In this document: positions 27,932 through 37,194 of the stretch, piece after piece
How the letters are laid out: each line of letters begins with the position of its first letter
Position numbering within the stretch: position 1 is the stretch's first letter
Translations under genes and position numbers: made by a program
Notes under the pieces: generated by a model
What the model saw: the letters and a program-made list of their open reading frames with translations, nothing else
Told to the model about the DNA's origin: nothing
Database searches by the model: none
Sequence record: LC647030.1
Length of the DNA: 64,000 nt
Direction: 5' to 3' (one strand)
Origin: Staphylococcus phage vB_SsapH-Golestan-100

Positions 27932-28627
27932 ATGGCTATTTACGTAATACCTGACATTCATGGAGAGTATGGAAAGCTAATGACAGTGATGGATACAATC
28001 AATAAAGAAAGAAGACCTGAAGATACTATCGTATTCCTAGGTGACTATATAGATAGAGGTAAAAGGTCTAAGGATGTTGTAAACTATGTGTTTGACTTAG
28101 TAGCTAATGATGATAATGTAGTAGCTCTATTAGGAAATCACGATGATGAATTTTACAGTATCATGGAAAATGTAGAACGGTTAAGTATTTATAACATTGA
28201 ATGGCTATCAAGGTATTGTATAGAAACACTTAATTCTTATGGTGTAAGTACTGTAACTTTAAAATATAAAAGTGTAGAAGATAACTTAAGAAATCACTAT
28301 GATTTTATTAAGAGTGAACTAATTAAGCTTAAAGAATCAGAAGACTATAGAAAGTTTAAAATACTTATGGTTAATTGCAGAAAGTATTATAAAGAAGGTA
28401 AGTATATATTTTCCCATTCAGGAGGAGTTAGTTGGAAACCTATAGAAGAACAAACAGTAGACCAGCTACTATGGTCTAGAGATTTTCAACCTAGAAAAGA
28501 TGGACTCATTCACGTATGTGGTCATACACCTACAAAAAGTGGAGAAGTAGAGGAGATAAATGACATGCTACTATGTGATGTTGGCGTAGTGTTTAGAGAA
28601 ATAGAATTCCCATTAATAAAGCTTTAA
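27932..28627 (+). CDS. PPP-family Ser/Thr protein phosphatase (lambda-PPase/ApaH-like metallophosphatase)
   Basis: GDYIDRG and GNHD motifs; YVIPDIHGEY N-terminal metal site. Confidence 0.8.
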   Translation: MAIYVIPDIHGEYGKLMTVMDTINKERRPEDTIVFLGDYIDRGKRSKDVVNYVFDLVANDDNVVALLGNHDDEFYSIMENVERLSIYNIEWLSRYCIETLNSYGVSTVTLKYKSVEDNLRNHYDFIKSELIKLKESEDYRKFKILMVNCRKYYKEGKYIFSHSGGVSWKPIEEQTVDQLLWSRDFQPRKDGLIHVCGHTPTKSGEVEEINDMLLCDVGVVFREIEFPLIKL

Positions 28628-28632
28628 TCAAT

Positions 28633-28660
28633 CACCTATCTTAACTGATAGGTGTTTTTT
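28633..28660 (+). terminator. rho-independent terminator
   Basis: cacctatc-ttaact-gataggtg followed by T6. Confidence 0.7.
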
Positions 28661-28730
28661 AGTTAATGTTGTTGCATATGGTCTATATGTGATATAATAA
28701 AAAGAAAAGAAAGAAATTTGGTGAACAAAA

Positions 28731-28958
28731 ATGATAACAATACAACGATTTAACAATATACTTGATGAAGCTATCATAGATAGTGTAACTTTAAAAGACA
28801 TAGAGGTAGATGGTAAAGTCTATCCTGCAATTATAAATGAACCTGATAGCAAAGTAACTTTTCTAGAACTATCAGGAAATGACTACAAGCCTAGCGTTAT
28901 GGTTTATATGTATAGAGGTAATTTAGTAACAGTACCTTGTAAACTTGAAACTTTTTAA
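28731..28958 (+). CDS. hypothetical protein, 75 aa
   Basis: ORF with a weak RBS. Confidence 0.5.
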   Translation: MITIQRFNNILDEAIIDSVTLKDIEVDGKVYPAIINEPDSKVTFLELSGNDYKPSVMVYMYRGNLVTVPCKLETF

Positions 28959-29025
28959 ATAAAATAGTTGACATTACCTATATTAAAGTGATAGACTATA
29001 TTTATATTAAAGGAAGGGTGATAGT

Positions 29026-29256
29026 ATGAACAAGCTTAATAGATGGATTAACGATAAAGTTATGAAAAAAGAGTATAAAACTTATGAAGTTCATATACAG
29101 CATAACTTTAAAGAACCTTATAAGTCTTATGAGTTTTTTATAGAGGAAGAAGCTAAAAGTAAGCAAGAAGCAGTAGAAAATGTAAAAAGATTTATTAGTA
29201 AACACGCTAATCCAGGAGATAATTATAAAGTAGTAAAAGCCAAAAGGGTGAAGTAA
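29026..29256 (+). CDS. hypothetical basic protein, 76 aa
   Basis: AAGGAAGGGTG RBS. Confidence 0.55.
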   Translation: MNKLNRWINDKVMKKEYKTYEVHIQHNFKEPYKSYEFFIEEEAKSKQEAVENVKRFISKHANPGDNYKVVKAKRVK

Positions 29257-29257
29257 T

Positions 29258-29473
29258 ATGGTAAAAAAACTGCAACGTGTTAGACAAGAGCAGGGATTAT
29301 CATTAAAAAATTTAGCGGATAACATAGGCGTACATCCAACTACCATAAACTATTGGGAGCATGGTAAACGTAATCCTAAAAGTGTTAATAGAATGATGTT
29401 AGAGGAAGAGCTTGGTAAGCCTATAGATTTTTTATTAGAGGAGGATAATAATGACAGAACTAAACATAGATAG
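29258..29473 (+). CDS. XRE-family helix-turn-helix protein, 71 aa
   Basis: LSLKNLADNIGVHPTTINYWEHGKRNP HTH. Confidence 0.65.
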   Translation: MVKKLQRVRQEQGLSLKNLADNIGVHPTTINYWEHGKRNPKSVNRMMLEEELGKPIDFLLEEDNNDRTKHR

Positions 29474-30164
29474 TTTATTACCTACTGGGTATGAGGGAGA
29501 AGAAGTTTATGAATTAGTTGAGACATTTCAGCTACAAGATTTAATGTTAACTCTAGGGAAAGATAACTTTAGCTTTATTATTAGTCAAATAAACAACCTA
29601 AATAGCAAAGAAGATACGGTAAGATTTTTAGGTATACTAGATAAATTATTATCAAAAGATAGACCTAAAGTTATCTATGATGATGTATATAGAGTACCTA
29701 ATACTAGAGCTATAGATACAACAATTGAAGAGTTAAGTAAAATTAAGCTATTAAAATATAAACAAGCATGGGAAGAAGAGTTCCCTAATCTACGTAAGTC
29801 TATATTAAGTTATCTTCAGCTAGCAATATCTATTTTGCGCTCTAGAGAAGAAGAACCTAGTGAATACTCAGATGTAGATGTGAAGTTTGAAGCAGACGAT
29901 GAATTAACTCCAGTTATAGAAACTTTTATTGACAGTCTGTTCAAATCAGTATATAATGAAGAAAGAATTACAAAAGTTTTAGAGATAATTAAGGAAGACA
30001 ATGATGACCTAGGTAAAAACCCTGAAGATAAGTCATTGTTAAGATTGTACTTTATCTTAGGTGATGAAGTAGAGGATGACTCTGACATTGAAGAACTTGT
30101 AAATGATAAAGCAGAAGTCCTATCTACTTACATTATTGCTAGATTAGAGGAACAAAATAACTAA
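29451..30164 (+). CDS. hypothetical acidic protein, 237 aa
   Basis: GAGGAGGAtaatAATG. Confidence 0.6.
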   Translation: MTELNIDSLLPTGYEGEEVYELVETFQLQDLMLTLGKDNFSFIISQINNLNSKEDTVRFLGILDKLLSKDRPKVIYDDVYRVPNTRAIDTTIEELSKIKLLKYKQAWEEEFPNLRKSILSYLQLAISILRSREEEPSEYSDVDVKFEADDELTPVIETFIDSLFKSVYNEERITKVLEIIKEDNDDLGKNPEDKSLLRLYFILGDEVEDDSDIEELVNDKAEVLSTYIIARLEEQNN

Positions 30165-30178
30165 TTAGGAGTGGTTAT

Positions 30179-30367
30179 ATGTACTTATTTACAATTAAAC
30201 TTGATGAATTTATTTTAGACATTGTTGCGGAAAATGCAGAAAAGGCTTTACTTCACATTCATAAGAGATTTAACATTATTGAGCCTCCTGAAATACTACG
30301 TACAGAGGTATTGGATGACTCTGAAGATGATGAATACATCTCAAAAGCGGTAAGTATAAATGACTAA
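30179..30367 (+). CDS. hypothetical acidic protein, 62 aa
   Basis: ORF. Confidence 0.5.
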   Translation: MYLFTIKLDEFILDIVAENAEKALLHIHKRFNIIEPPEILRTEVLDDSEDDEYISKAVSIND

Positions 30368-30809
30368 GTATCAATTGTATACAGATGGTAGTTTTGATAA
30401 AGAAAGTGAAGTATACGGATGTGGCTTTGCACTAGTTAAAGATGGTATATGTATATCTACACATACAAAAGCTTACTGTAATAAGTTTTCAGCCCATCGT
30501 AATGTTGCAGGAGAAGTGTTAGCTGTTATGTTAGGTATCGAGTATTGCTTTAAAATAGGTATAAAAGAACTAGAAATAGTTTATGATTATACAGGAATTG
30601 GTAATTGGGCTTTAGGAATATGGAATGCAAAAAAACCATTGACACAGATGTATAAAAGGTTTATACTTAGTTATACAAACCACATGACTTTAGAGTTTAC
30701 AAATATCAAAGGTCACACAGGAGTAGAATATAATGAACTTGCTGATGAATTAGCAAGTAAATCAATTAAGGAATTTAAAGGAGAAATTAGTTATGAAAAC
30801 AACAATTAA
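30360..30809 (+). CDS. rnhA: ribonuclease H (RNase HI-like)
   Basis: YTDGS N-terminal Asp, ...IKGHTGVEYNELADELA C-terminal motif. Confidence 0.75.
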   Translation: MTKYQLYTDGSFDKESEVYGCGFALVKDGICISTHTKAYCNKFSAHRNVAGEVLAVMLGIEYCFKIGIKELEIVYDYTGIGNWALGIWNAKKPLTQMYKRFILSYTNHMTLEFTNIKGHTGVEYNELADELASKSIKEFKGEISYENNN

Positions 30810-31335
30810 AGGAATTAGAGAATTTAAAACAGAGGACATTAATGAAGTCATAAAAACACTAGACGTTGACTTGTTCACGGACAAGCAGTTAATTAGAGAC
30901 ACATCAGGAGACTATTTAGCAGAATATAATATCCAAGAGGATGACATCACTTATTATACTTGTAATGAGAATTTACATGGTACAGCAGAAGAGCTAACTA
31001 AAGTACATCCATCTGAGTTACCTGATGGGTTAGAATGGAGCGCTTTACACCACGGGGAAGTTAGTGTATTTGATGAAGGAATAAGACATAAGTTATTTAC
31101 TATTACAACTGTCCTACCTGGTGTAAAGACATCATCAAAAACATGTTATTCAGGAGAGCTTTTAGAGCTATACTATGATTCCATGTATGAGCTTATTTTA
31201 GCAAATAAAGATGGTGTGGTTTATATAACAGCGTCAGATTTACACACAGGTGAAGTAGAGTTCTTATCTACTGACAGACAAGACATTATTGATACTTTCA
31301 CACAAGCCAATGTTAAAAAACAATTGAGTCTATAG
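30793..31335 (+). CDS. hypothetical protein, 180 aa
   Basis: GGAGAAATTAGTT RBS. Confidence 0.6.
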   Translation: MKTTIKGIREFKTEDINEVIKTLDVDLFTDKQLIRDTSGDYLAEYNIQEDDITYYTCNENLHGTAEELTKVHPSELPDGLEWSALHHGEVSVFDEGIRHKLFTITTVLPGVKTSSKTCYSGELLELYYDSMYELILANKDGVVYITASDLHTGEVEFLSTDRQDIIDTFTQANVKKQLSL

Positions 31336-31344
31336 GAGGAAATT

Positions 31345-31710
31345 ATGGATAAGAGCGACAAGAAAAAACTCACAAAAGAGTTAAGAGCCCTGGAAAAGTC
31401 CTTTTTAGAAGAGTGTTATGAAGACTATGAGCATGTTAAAGGTATAGTAAATTCCACTAAAGGCAATAGTAATCGTAAAGAATTAGTTGATGAGGCTAAG
31501 AATACTATCCTAGTTATGATAGAGAGCTTAGACATTCACGTAAAATCTTACAAATACTTATATAAAAAAAGTAAATTAAAATCAAAGCTTCAAAGTCTTT
31601 ATTTAGAGTTGGAGTTTGAGGAGCGATTAAATGTCAATAGGCGAGATTGTGTTCTTACTAATATGCTTTATATTAGGTTCACTATCAGTTGGTATGTTAG
31701 TAGCAGATAG
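31345..31710 (+). CDS. hypothetical protein, 121 aa
   Basis: TATAGGAGGAAATT RBS. Confidence 0.55.
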   Translation: MDKSDKKKLTKELRALEKSFLEECYEDYEHVKGIVNSTKGNSNRKELVDEAKNTILVMIESLDIHVKSYKYLYKKSKLKSKLQSLYLELEFEERLNVNRRDCVLTNMLYIRFTISWYVSSR

Positions 31711-31817
31711 AGATAATATAAGTAAAAATGAAGGAGCTTTCTTTATACTTGTATTAATACTAAGTCTCGTGTGTATATGTTATACATTTATAAGTTATAT
31801 TAATTAGGAGGATTATA

Positions 31818-32069
31818 ATGTTAAAGAATATTTCAAAACATATGTATGATGGTAATTTTTTCAGTAGGTTAGTAATGATTGTATTGACAATGATTTCAGT
31901 TTCTTTAGTATTCTATGTAGTTTACTCAACTATCTTTGTACTTTATTCTGTTTTAGGGTTAGGAGCATTTTTAGTTAGTGGTATGATAGGTATCTTATTA
32001 ATTGTTGTTGCTATGATTAAGTACCCTAAGAAGCAAGAATATAGTGAGTACGCTAAGAAGCGTATGTAG
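31818..32069 (+). CDS. small membrane protein, 83 aa
   Basis: ATTAGGAGGATTATA RBS; two TM helices. Confidence 0.55.
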   Translation: MLKNISKHMYDGNFFSRLVMIVLTMISVSLVFYVVYSTIFVLYSVLGLGAFLVSGMIGILLIVVAMIKYPKKQEYSEYAKKRM

Positions 32070-32079
32070 GTGGTGTGAA

Positions 32080-32226
32080 TATGAAACCCGTTGTAGCTTT
32101 AACAGTAGAAGAGGCAGTGCTAATTACTAAATATCTAAAAGAAAGTAACGATAAAAAAGTCGTAGAACTAAAGGACTCTATTAATGAGAGAATACAAATA
32201 GCTTTAGGTTCTACTAAAAAAGATTA
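32080..32226 (+). CDS. 48-aa ORF (not in the ORF track)
   Basis: GGTGGTG RBS; MKPVVALTVEEAVLITKYLKESNDKKVVELKDSINERIQIALGSTKKD. Confidence 0.35.
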
Positions 32227-32236
32227 AATTAAAGAC

Positions 32237-32265
32237 TTGACTTATGTCAGGTCTTTTTGTATACT
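32237..32265 (+). promoter_or_regulatory. promoter (TTGACT-17-TATACT)
   Basis: TTGACT 32237-32242, TATACT 32260-32265. Confidence 0.6.
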
Positions 32266-32295
32266 ATAAATAGATAAGAAAAGGAGAGATAATGT

Positions 32296-33168
32296 ATGCA
32301 AGTATATAAAGGGAAAAGTTATGATAAGCAATACCAAGAACTATGTAGTCGTATATATGAAGAAGGGGAGTTAGACACGAACCCAAGACCACATTATGAA
32401 GATGGTGAACCAGCTCATGTTAGGTCGGTATTCCATCACACATTCAAATTTACCCCTCAAGATGTACCTCTATTATTTAGTAAAAAAGTATTTACTAGAC
32501 AAGCAATTGAAGAGATGTTGTGGATTTGGCGTGATAGAAGTAATGTAGTTAAAGATTTACAAGATAAGAATGTACAAATATGGAATTCTTGGATGATGGA
32601 CGATGGCTCTATTGGACGTGCATACGGTTATCAGCTCGCACAAGAAGTAGGGCATACAGGACGTAATCAAGTAGACAACCTCATTCATAACCTAAAAACA
32701 AATCCTGAGAGTCGTAGACATATTGTACACTTATGGAATGTTGAAGACATAGATGACATGGCTTTAACACCCTGTGTATTTTTAACGCAATGGTGCGTTA
32801 TAGGTAATGAATTACATTTAGAGGTTATAGTGCGTTCTAATGACATTGCACTAGGAAATCCTTTTAACTGTATACAGTACTGGGTACTTCATAAGCTTAT
32901 TGCACAAGAAGTGGGTATTAAAGCAGGGGATGTTATGTTTACAATGGTTATGCCTCATATTTATGATAGACACTTTGATACTATCAATGAACAGATGAGC
33001 AGACTATCAGATTTAAACTCCATAGACCCAGTAGATGATAAAGAGATTACTGTTGAAATTGACGATGTAGGATTATATGATTTTACAATGGATAATATTA
33101 GAATTAAAGGCTATGATAATTTTGGTGGAGAACCATTGAAAAAATATAGTTTTGAAGTTGGAATCTAG
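32296..33168 (+). CDS. thymidylate synthase family enzyme (ThyA or dUMP hydroxymethylase-like)
   Basis: Aligns along its length to ThyA (RRHIVHLWNV...MALTPCVFLTQW, SNDIALGNPFN); the conserved PCH is PCV here. Confidence 0.8.
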   Translation: MQVYKGKSYDKQYQELCSRIYEEGELDTNPRPHYEDGEPAHVRSVFHHTFKFTPQDVPLLFSKKVFTRQAIEEMLWIWRDRSNVVKDLQDKNVQIWNSWMMDDGSIGRAYGYQLAQEVGHTGRNQVDNLIHNLKTNPESRRHIVHLWNVEDIDDMALTPCVFLTQWCVIGNELHLEVIVRSNDIALGNPFNCIQYWVLHKLIAQEVGIKAGDVMFTMVMPHIYDRHFDTINEQMSRLSDLNSIDPVDDKEITVEIDDVGLYDFTMDNIRIKGYDNFGGEPLKKYSFEVGI

Positions 33169-33194
33169 TATATGTTACATTAAGGAGGACTTAT

Positions 33195-33440
33195 ATGGGT
33201 TTTTCAGATGAGCTAAATAAGCATAAACGTAAAGCTAGCTTTAAAGAATATGAAGAACAAGTAAAAGCATTTAAAGAAGACCCTAATTCTATTTATAATA
33301 GACTTAAAGCTATGCCTTATACTCATTGGAGGTTATACTTCGATACCAAGTATAACTACATGGACTTAAGAAAAGAACCTAGGAAAGAATATGAATTTAA
33401 ATATATAGACAAGGAGAAGCGATTAATGTGCTTTATGTAA
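33195..33440 (+). CDS. hypothetical protein, 81 aa
   Basis: TAAGGAGGA RBS. Confidence 0.55.
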   Translation: MGFSDELNKHKRKASFKEYEEQVKAFKEDPNSIYNRLKAMPYTHWRLYFDTKYNYMDLRKEPRKEYEFKYIDKEKRLMCFM

Positions 33441-33976
33441 TAGTCGGGAATACCTGTTCAGGTAAGACAACACTACAAAAAGAATTAGTTAGGCTTACAG
33501 GTATTAAACCTCTAATCACCTACACTAACAGACCTATGAGAGATAATGAGGTAGAAGGGCAAGATTATTTCTTCATCAGTACTAAAGAGATAGAAAGTCC
33601 TATGTATGTTAATAAAAGGTATTTCTATACTATTCATGATGTAAATCCATATATCTATGGAATACATTACGATGATTTAAAAGATAAGGAGGATAAGATA
33701 GCTATACTTGACCCTCCAGGTGTATATAACCTACGCAGTCTTCTAGGAGAAGAAAACTTAAAGACGATGTACTTAGACATCCCTGAAAAAATTATTAAAG
33801 AGAGAGCAGAGTTGCGTGGGGATGAAGAGGCAGAGATTGAACGTAGGTTAGAAGATGATAGACCAGGATTTGAAAGTATCAAAGATGACTGTGACTTAAT
33901 ACTAACTCCTTTAAGTGGTGACATCACGAGTACAGCATACAAGTTCATTCAAGGAGGAAACAACAATGAGTTATAA
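33428..33976 (+). CDS. deoxynucleoside monophosphate kinase-like P-loop kinase (GTG start)
   Basis: P-loop GNTCSGKTT; size and context similar to phage dNMP kinases. Confidence 0.65.
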   Translation: MLYVIVGNTCSGKTTLQKELVRLTGIKPLITYTNRPMRDNEVEGQDYFFISTKEIESPMYVNKRYFYTIHDVNPYIYGIHYDDLKDKEDKIAILDPPGVYNLRSLLGEENLKTMYLDIPEKIIKERAELRGDEEAEIERRLEDDRPGFESIKDDCDLILTPLSGDITSTAYKFIQGGNNNEL

Positions 33977-34430
33977 CATTAACTTGAGATTGATTAAAGA
34001 CATTATAAACAACAGAGCAGACCACAATCCCTATCTAACTTTAGAACAGAGTACAGGTAGTTACGTGGATGCATCTATAGATGAAGTTAAGTTTACATCT
34101 TTTATGTCAGAAAATAAGCTTCATGAAGTACTATCTATTACTATTACCCCTTTGAACATAGCTACGACATCTAAAATAGAAATAATGTTAATGCAAAAGG
34201 ATTTTAAAGATGTAACAATATCTAATGTCAAGGATTTAGCTTTTGAATTAATGACTGTGAGAGGTTCTATAGAATTAGTAAATGAGTTATATAGGAGTGA
34301 CCAATATGAAAAAATACGAAAAAAGTATTATTACATTAGCTATAGCTATTGTGTACTTTATTATACTTACTGGTATATTCTTTATAGGGTTCCATTACGA
34401 GCTACAAAAAGCATTGGTCGAAGCGGGTAA
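33967..34430 (+). CDS. hypothetical protein (~154 aa; start at MSYNINL; 3' extent uncertain)
   Basis: GGAGGAAACAACA before the ATG; overlaps the next small gene. Confidence 0.4.
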
Positions 34431-34518
34431 GAGTGCTATTATTGTATGGCTTGTAGTTTGGTTATTGGATTACCTATCGACAAACAATAGTAAGAAAAAG
34501 AAGAAAAAGAAGAAGTAG
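34306..34518 (+). CDS. small membrane protein with poly-Lys tail (~70 aa)
   Basis: GGAG RBS; MKKYEKSIITLAIAIVYFIILTGIFFIGF...; ends KKKKKKKK. Confidence 0.5.
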   Translation: MKKYEKSIITLAIAIVYFIILTGIFFIGFHYELQKALVEAGKSAIIVWLVVWLLDYLSTNNSKKKKKKKK

Positions 34519-34537
34519 CTTTGGCTACTTTTTTTTA
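34514..34537 (+). terminator. rho-independent terminator
   Basis: agtagc-tttg-gctact followed by T8. Confidence 0.65.
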
Positions 34538-34645
34538 TTTTCTAAAAATTGTAATAAAAAGATACTGTTCTGTAATATTAGTGTAATGTACTTGTGTTAG
34601 ATTAAGAGAGTAGAAAAATACAAAACAAATTACACGGAGGATTTT

Positions 34646-35301
34646 ATGATTAAAAAATTATTTTTACCAACAGCAGTAATCGGAGCAACATTATTATTTG
34701 GCAACTCAGCACATGAGGCAAAAGCAGATGAAGTAAACCAAGCAAAATTAGTAGACCTTGCTAATAACCACCAAGAGGAATTAAATAGCAAACCTGTACA
34801 AGCAGGGGCTTATAATATAGATTTTGTCAACAACGGACAATCATATCACTTTGAGAGTAATGGCTCTACATGGTCATGGTCAGTTGGTGGTGAAGCCACT
34901 TCTAATACTACAGAAGCAGTAAAAGCACCTGAACAAAAAGTAGACCAACAACAAGTTCAATTCAATACACAAAGTAAACAAAATGCACAACCTAAACAAG
35001 AAACAACAACACAAAGTTAGAAGCTAAAGCAGTTAAAAGTACAGGAGGTTCTGTAGCAGAGCAAATTAGACAAGCAGGTGGAGATGAAGCAATGATTGAA
35101 ATTGCTATGCGTGAGTCTACAATGAATCCTAACGCTGTTAATCCTTCATCAGGAGCTCAAGGATTATTCCAAGGATTAGGTAAATCATGGAGTGGAGGTT
35201 CTATAGCAGAACAAACTAAAGGAGCTAAACAATACATGATTGACCGTTACGGTTCAACATCAGGAGCTCTTGCATACCACAACGCACATAACAGCTATTA
35301 A
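34646..35301 (+). pseudogene. isaA-like: IsaA/SceD-like secreted transglycosylase, interrupted by a -1 frameshift near 35018
   Basis: ORF 34646..35020 = signal peptide + IsaA-like N-domain ([55 protein letters not shown]). The -1 frame from 34996 carries the transglycosylase-like C-domain (MNPNAVNPSSGAQGLFQ...WSGG). Confidence 0.55.
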
Positions 35302-35339
35302 TGTTATATTAGAACTAAACCATCAGAAAGGAAGATTAC

Positions 35340-35513
35340 ATGATTGAAGTAAGCCAAGAGTTCTTAGCTCAACTAGCAAAAAGTAATGATGAAAACTTAA
35401 ATAAAAAACCTTTACAAAAAGGTGATTACAGCATTGACTTTGAGTTAGACGGTATCCAATATCATTTTGCACAAACTAATGGACGATGGGTTTGGAACTA
35501 CAAAACTAAATAG
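35340..35513 (+). CDS. stand-alone second copy of the IsaA-like N-terminal domain, 57 aa, no signal peptide
   Basis: NKKPLQKGDYSIDFELDGIQYHFAQTNGRWVW parallels the N-domain of 34646; AAAGGAAG RBS. Confidence 0.45.
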   Translation: MIEVSQEFLAQLAKSNDENLNKKPLQKGDYSIDFELDGIQYHFAQTNGRWVWNYKTK

Positions 35514-35520
35514 AAATATG

Positions 35521-35548
35521 AGACACCTTTCGAGGTGTCTTTTTTTTG
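35521..35548 (+). terminator. rho-independent terminator
   Basis: agacacc-tttcg-aggtgtct followed by T8. Confidence 0.7.
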
Positions 35549-35608
35549 TTTACTTTATTAGTATCTTATGATATACTTTATGTAATAACAAATTAGGAGG
35601 AATTAATT

Positions 35609-35815
35609 ATGGCATTAAGAATTAAATCAGAGGTATTAGAAGCAGGTATTGTGTATTATTTAAAAGCAGAGCATGGGACAGATTTTATTACATTAAATTC
35701 CATTACTATTCAAGATGATACGGATTACATTATCGCTCATTACACGTATTTACTACCTGAAGATGATTTTGAAGTGAAGTATAAAGATTCTAGAGTATTT
35801 GGGGAGGTAGTGTAG
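35609..35815 (+). CDS. hypothetical protein, 68 aa
   Basis: AAATTAGGAGGAATTAATT RBS. Confidence 0.55.
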   Translation: MALRIKSEVLEAGIVYYLKAEHGTDFITLNSITIQDDTDYIIAHYTYLLPEDDFEVKYKDSRVFGEVV

Positions 35816-36355
35816 GTGGATAAAATATACTTAATAAGTGAAGAACAAATAGATGACTATGGTAATATTGAATATAGTAAAGCACTTGGATACTGTTTAG
35901 ACAAGGATACTGCTGACTATATACAAGAAAATATGAATTCATACGACTATATAGAAGTGGAAGAAATGTCAGAATTAACTAAAGACATACTAAACAAAGA
36001 GCAAAGGTTCTTCTTAACAAGCCAAAAGGTGAACATAACTAGAGTAGATGGTTACTTTAAACTAGATAGTATAAAAGATGTAGAAGAAGATACATTCTTT
36101 GATGGTGTTAATAAAGCAAACTTTAGAAATAAAGGACTATTTGATGGTAAAATAAACTTAGAAACATATAAAATAAACAAGAACTGGTTCATTTTAGAGA
36201 TTGGTGAATTTGGTGAAACACCTATAGACATTGTATCGTTTAAACAAAAAATGGGTAGTTATATCAATAAAGTAAACTTTGTACTTAAGCATTTAAGAGA
36301 AGCTGGAATTAAATCTACAAAAGAAGTTCAAGAAAACTTATTACAATTAAGATAA
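35816..36355 (+). CDS. hypothetical protein, 179 aa (GTG start)
   Basis: GGGGAGG RBS. Confidence 0.6.
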   Translation: MDKIYLISEEQIDDYGNIEYSKALGYCLDKDTADYIQENMNSYDYIEVEEMSELTKDILNKEQRFFLTSQKVNITRVDGYFKLDSIKDVEEDTFFDGVNKANFRNKGLFDGKINLETYKINKNWFILEIGEFGETPIDIVSFKQKMGSYINKVNFVLKHLREAGIKSTKEVQENLLQLR

Positions 36356-36357
36356 GG

Positions 36358-36582
36358 ATGATAGCTATGAAGCTAGGTCAAGCCATTGATTACATGATGG
36401 ATAATGAACTGCAAGTAACAGTAGAACAGCCTGCAATGTATTTAGTAGGTGAATATTATGAAGTTACAGGGTATATAATAAAACTGTACTGTGTTACTGA
36501 ATTGATGGACATATTATTTAAAAGAGAATGGGAATTTTCAAATTATCATAAACTAAAGGAGATGGAAGATGATGAAACGTAG
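36358..36582 (+). CDS. hypothetical protein, 74 aa
   Basis: ORF. Confidence 0.55.
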   Translation: MIAMKLGQAIDYMMDNELQVTVEQPAMYLVGEYYEVTGYIIKLYCVTELMDILFKREWEFSNYHKLKEMEDDET

Positions 36583-36706
36583 AAACTTAATATTAAGTAG
36601 TCTATCAGGTATTGTCTTAGGAGTATTAATTTATCAAGTAAGTAAAAACATAATTATTAGTGTAGAGTCTAATGATGACATTGACACTAAAGAAGAAAGT
36701 TATTAA
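36569..36706 (+). CDS. 45-aa membrane peptide (not in the ORF track)
   Basis: AAAGGAGATGGAAG then ATGATG; MMKRRNLILSSLSGIVLGVLIYQVSKN... Confidence 0.4.
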   Translation: MMKRRNLILSSLSGIVLGVLIYQVSKNIIISVESNDDIDTKEESY

Positions 36707-36800
36707 AATTTATATGGAAGAGTTGACAATAGGTATCTTAGCTGGTACAATTGGTATTGTAGCTTTAGCAATTAAAGATAAAATAAAGGAGAAAAGATAA

Positions 36801-37007
36801 ATGACTAACAAACTAGAAATAAAGTTACTGAGTGATAATGGAACCAAACCTACACGTAATAATTTAGATAGTTTAGCACAATATGATGGTGCAGTAATGG
36901 ATGTTGAAGATGGTGGATTAATTTACCCAGTCTATGGCATTGATGACAAACTTAAATATCTTTCAGGAGAGATAGACACTCCAGTTTACAAAACAGGATA
37001 CGCATAA
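36801..37007 (+). CDS. hypothetical protein, 68 aa
   Basis: AAAGGAGAAAAG RBS. Confidence 0.55.
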   Translation: MTNKLEIKLLSDNGTKPTRNNLDSLAQYDGAVMDVEDGGLIYPVYGIDDKLKYLSGEIDTPVYKTGYA

Positions 37008-37008
37008 A

Positions 37009-37194
37009 ATGAATCAGTACCTAGTGAAAACTATAACACATAGTACAGGGGAAAAATTCATGGATGCTCAAAAAGTAAGAGAAAATGAAGAGTACGTTAC
37101 AGTATATGCAAACAATTCAGAGGAAGCTAAAACTATGGCAAAGCTTCCTCCTGAGTATAGAAAGTTAAGAAGCATTCAAAATCTATTAGGATAG
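37009..37194 (+). CDS. hypothetical protein, 61 aa
   Basis: ORF with a weak RBS. Confidence 0.45.
   Translation: MNQYLVKTITHSTGEKFMDAQKVRENEEYVTVYANNSEEAKTMAKLPPEYRKLRSIQNLLG

Noticed and set aside
33667-33948. 93-aa minus ORF within the dNMP kinase gene, and similar antisense ORFs at 29816, 46233, 46766, 46969, 48851, 49894, 51005, 51597, 56628 and 58703
   Set aside because: All lie opposite well-supported genes, lack SD sequences and are Ser/Leu/Ile-rich as expected from AT-rich antisense frames.
34996-35020. Programmed -1 ribosomal frameshift joining the two IsaA-like ORFs
   Set aside because: There is no X XXY YYZ slippery heptamer and no obvious downstream pseudoknot. An indel or pseudogene, or a sequencing error, is more parsimonious.
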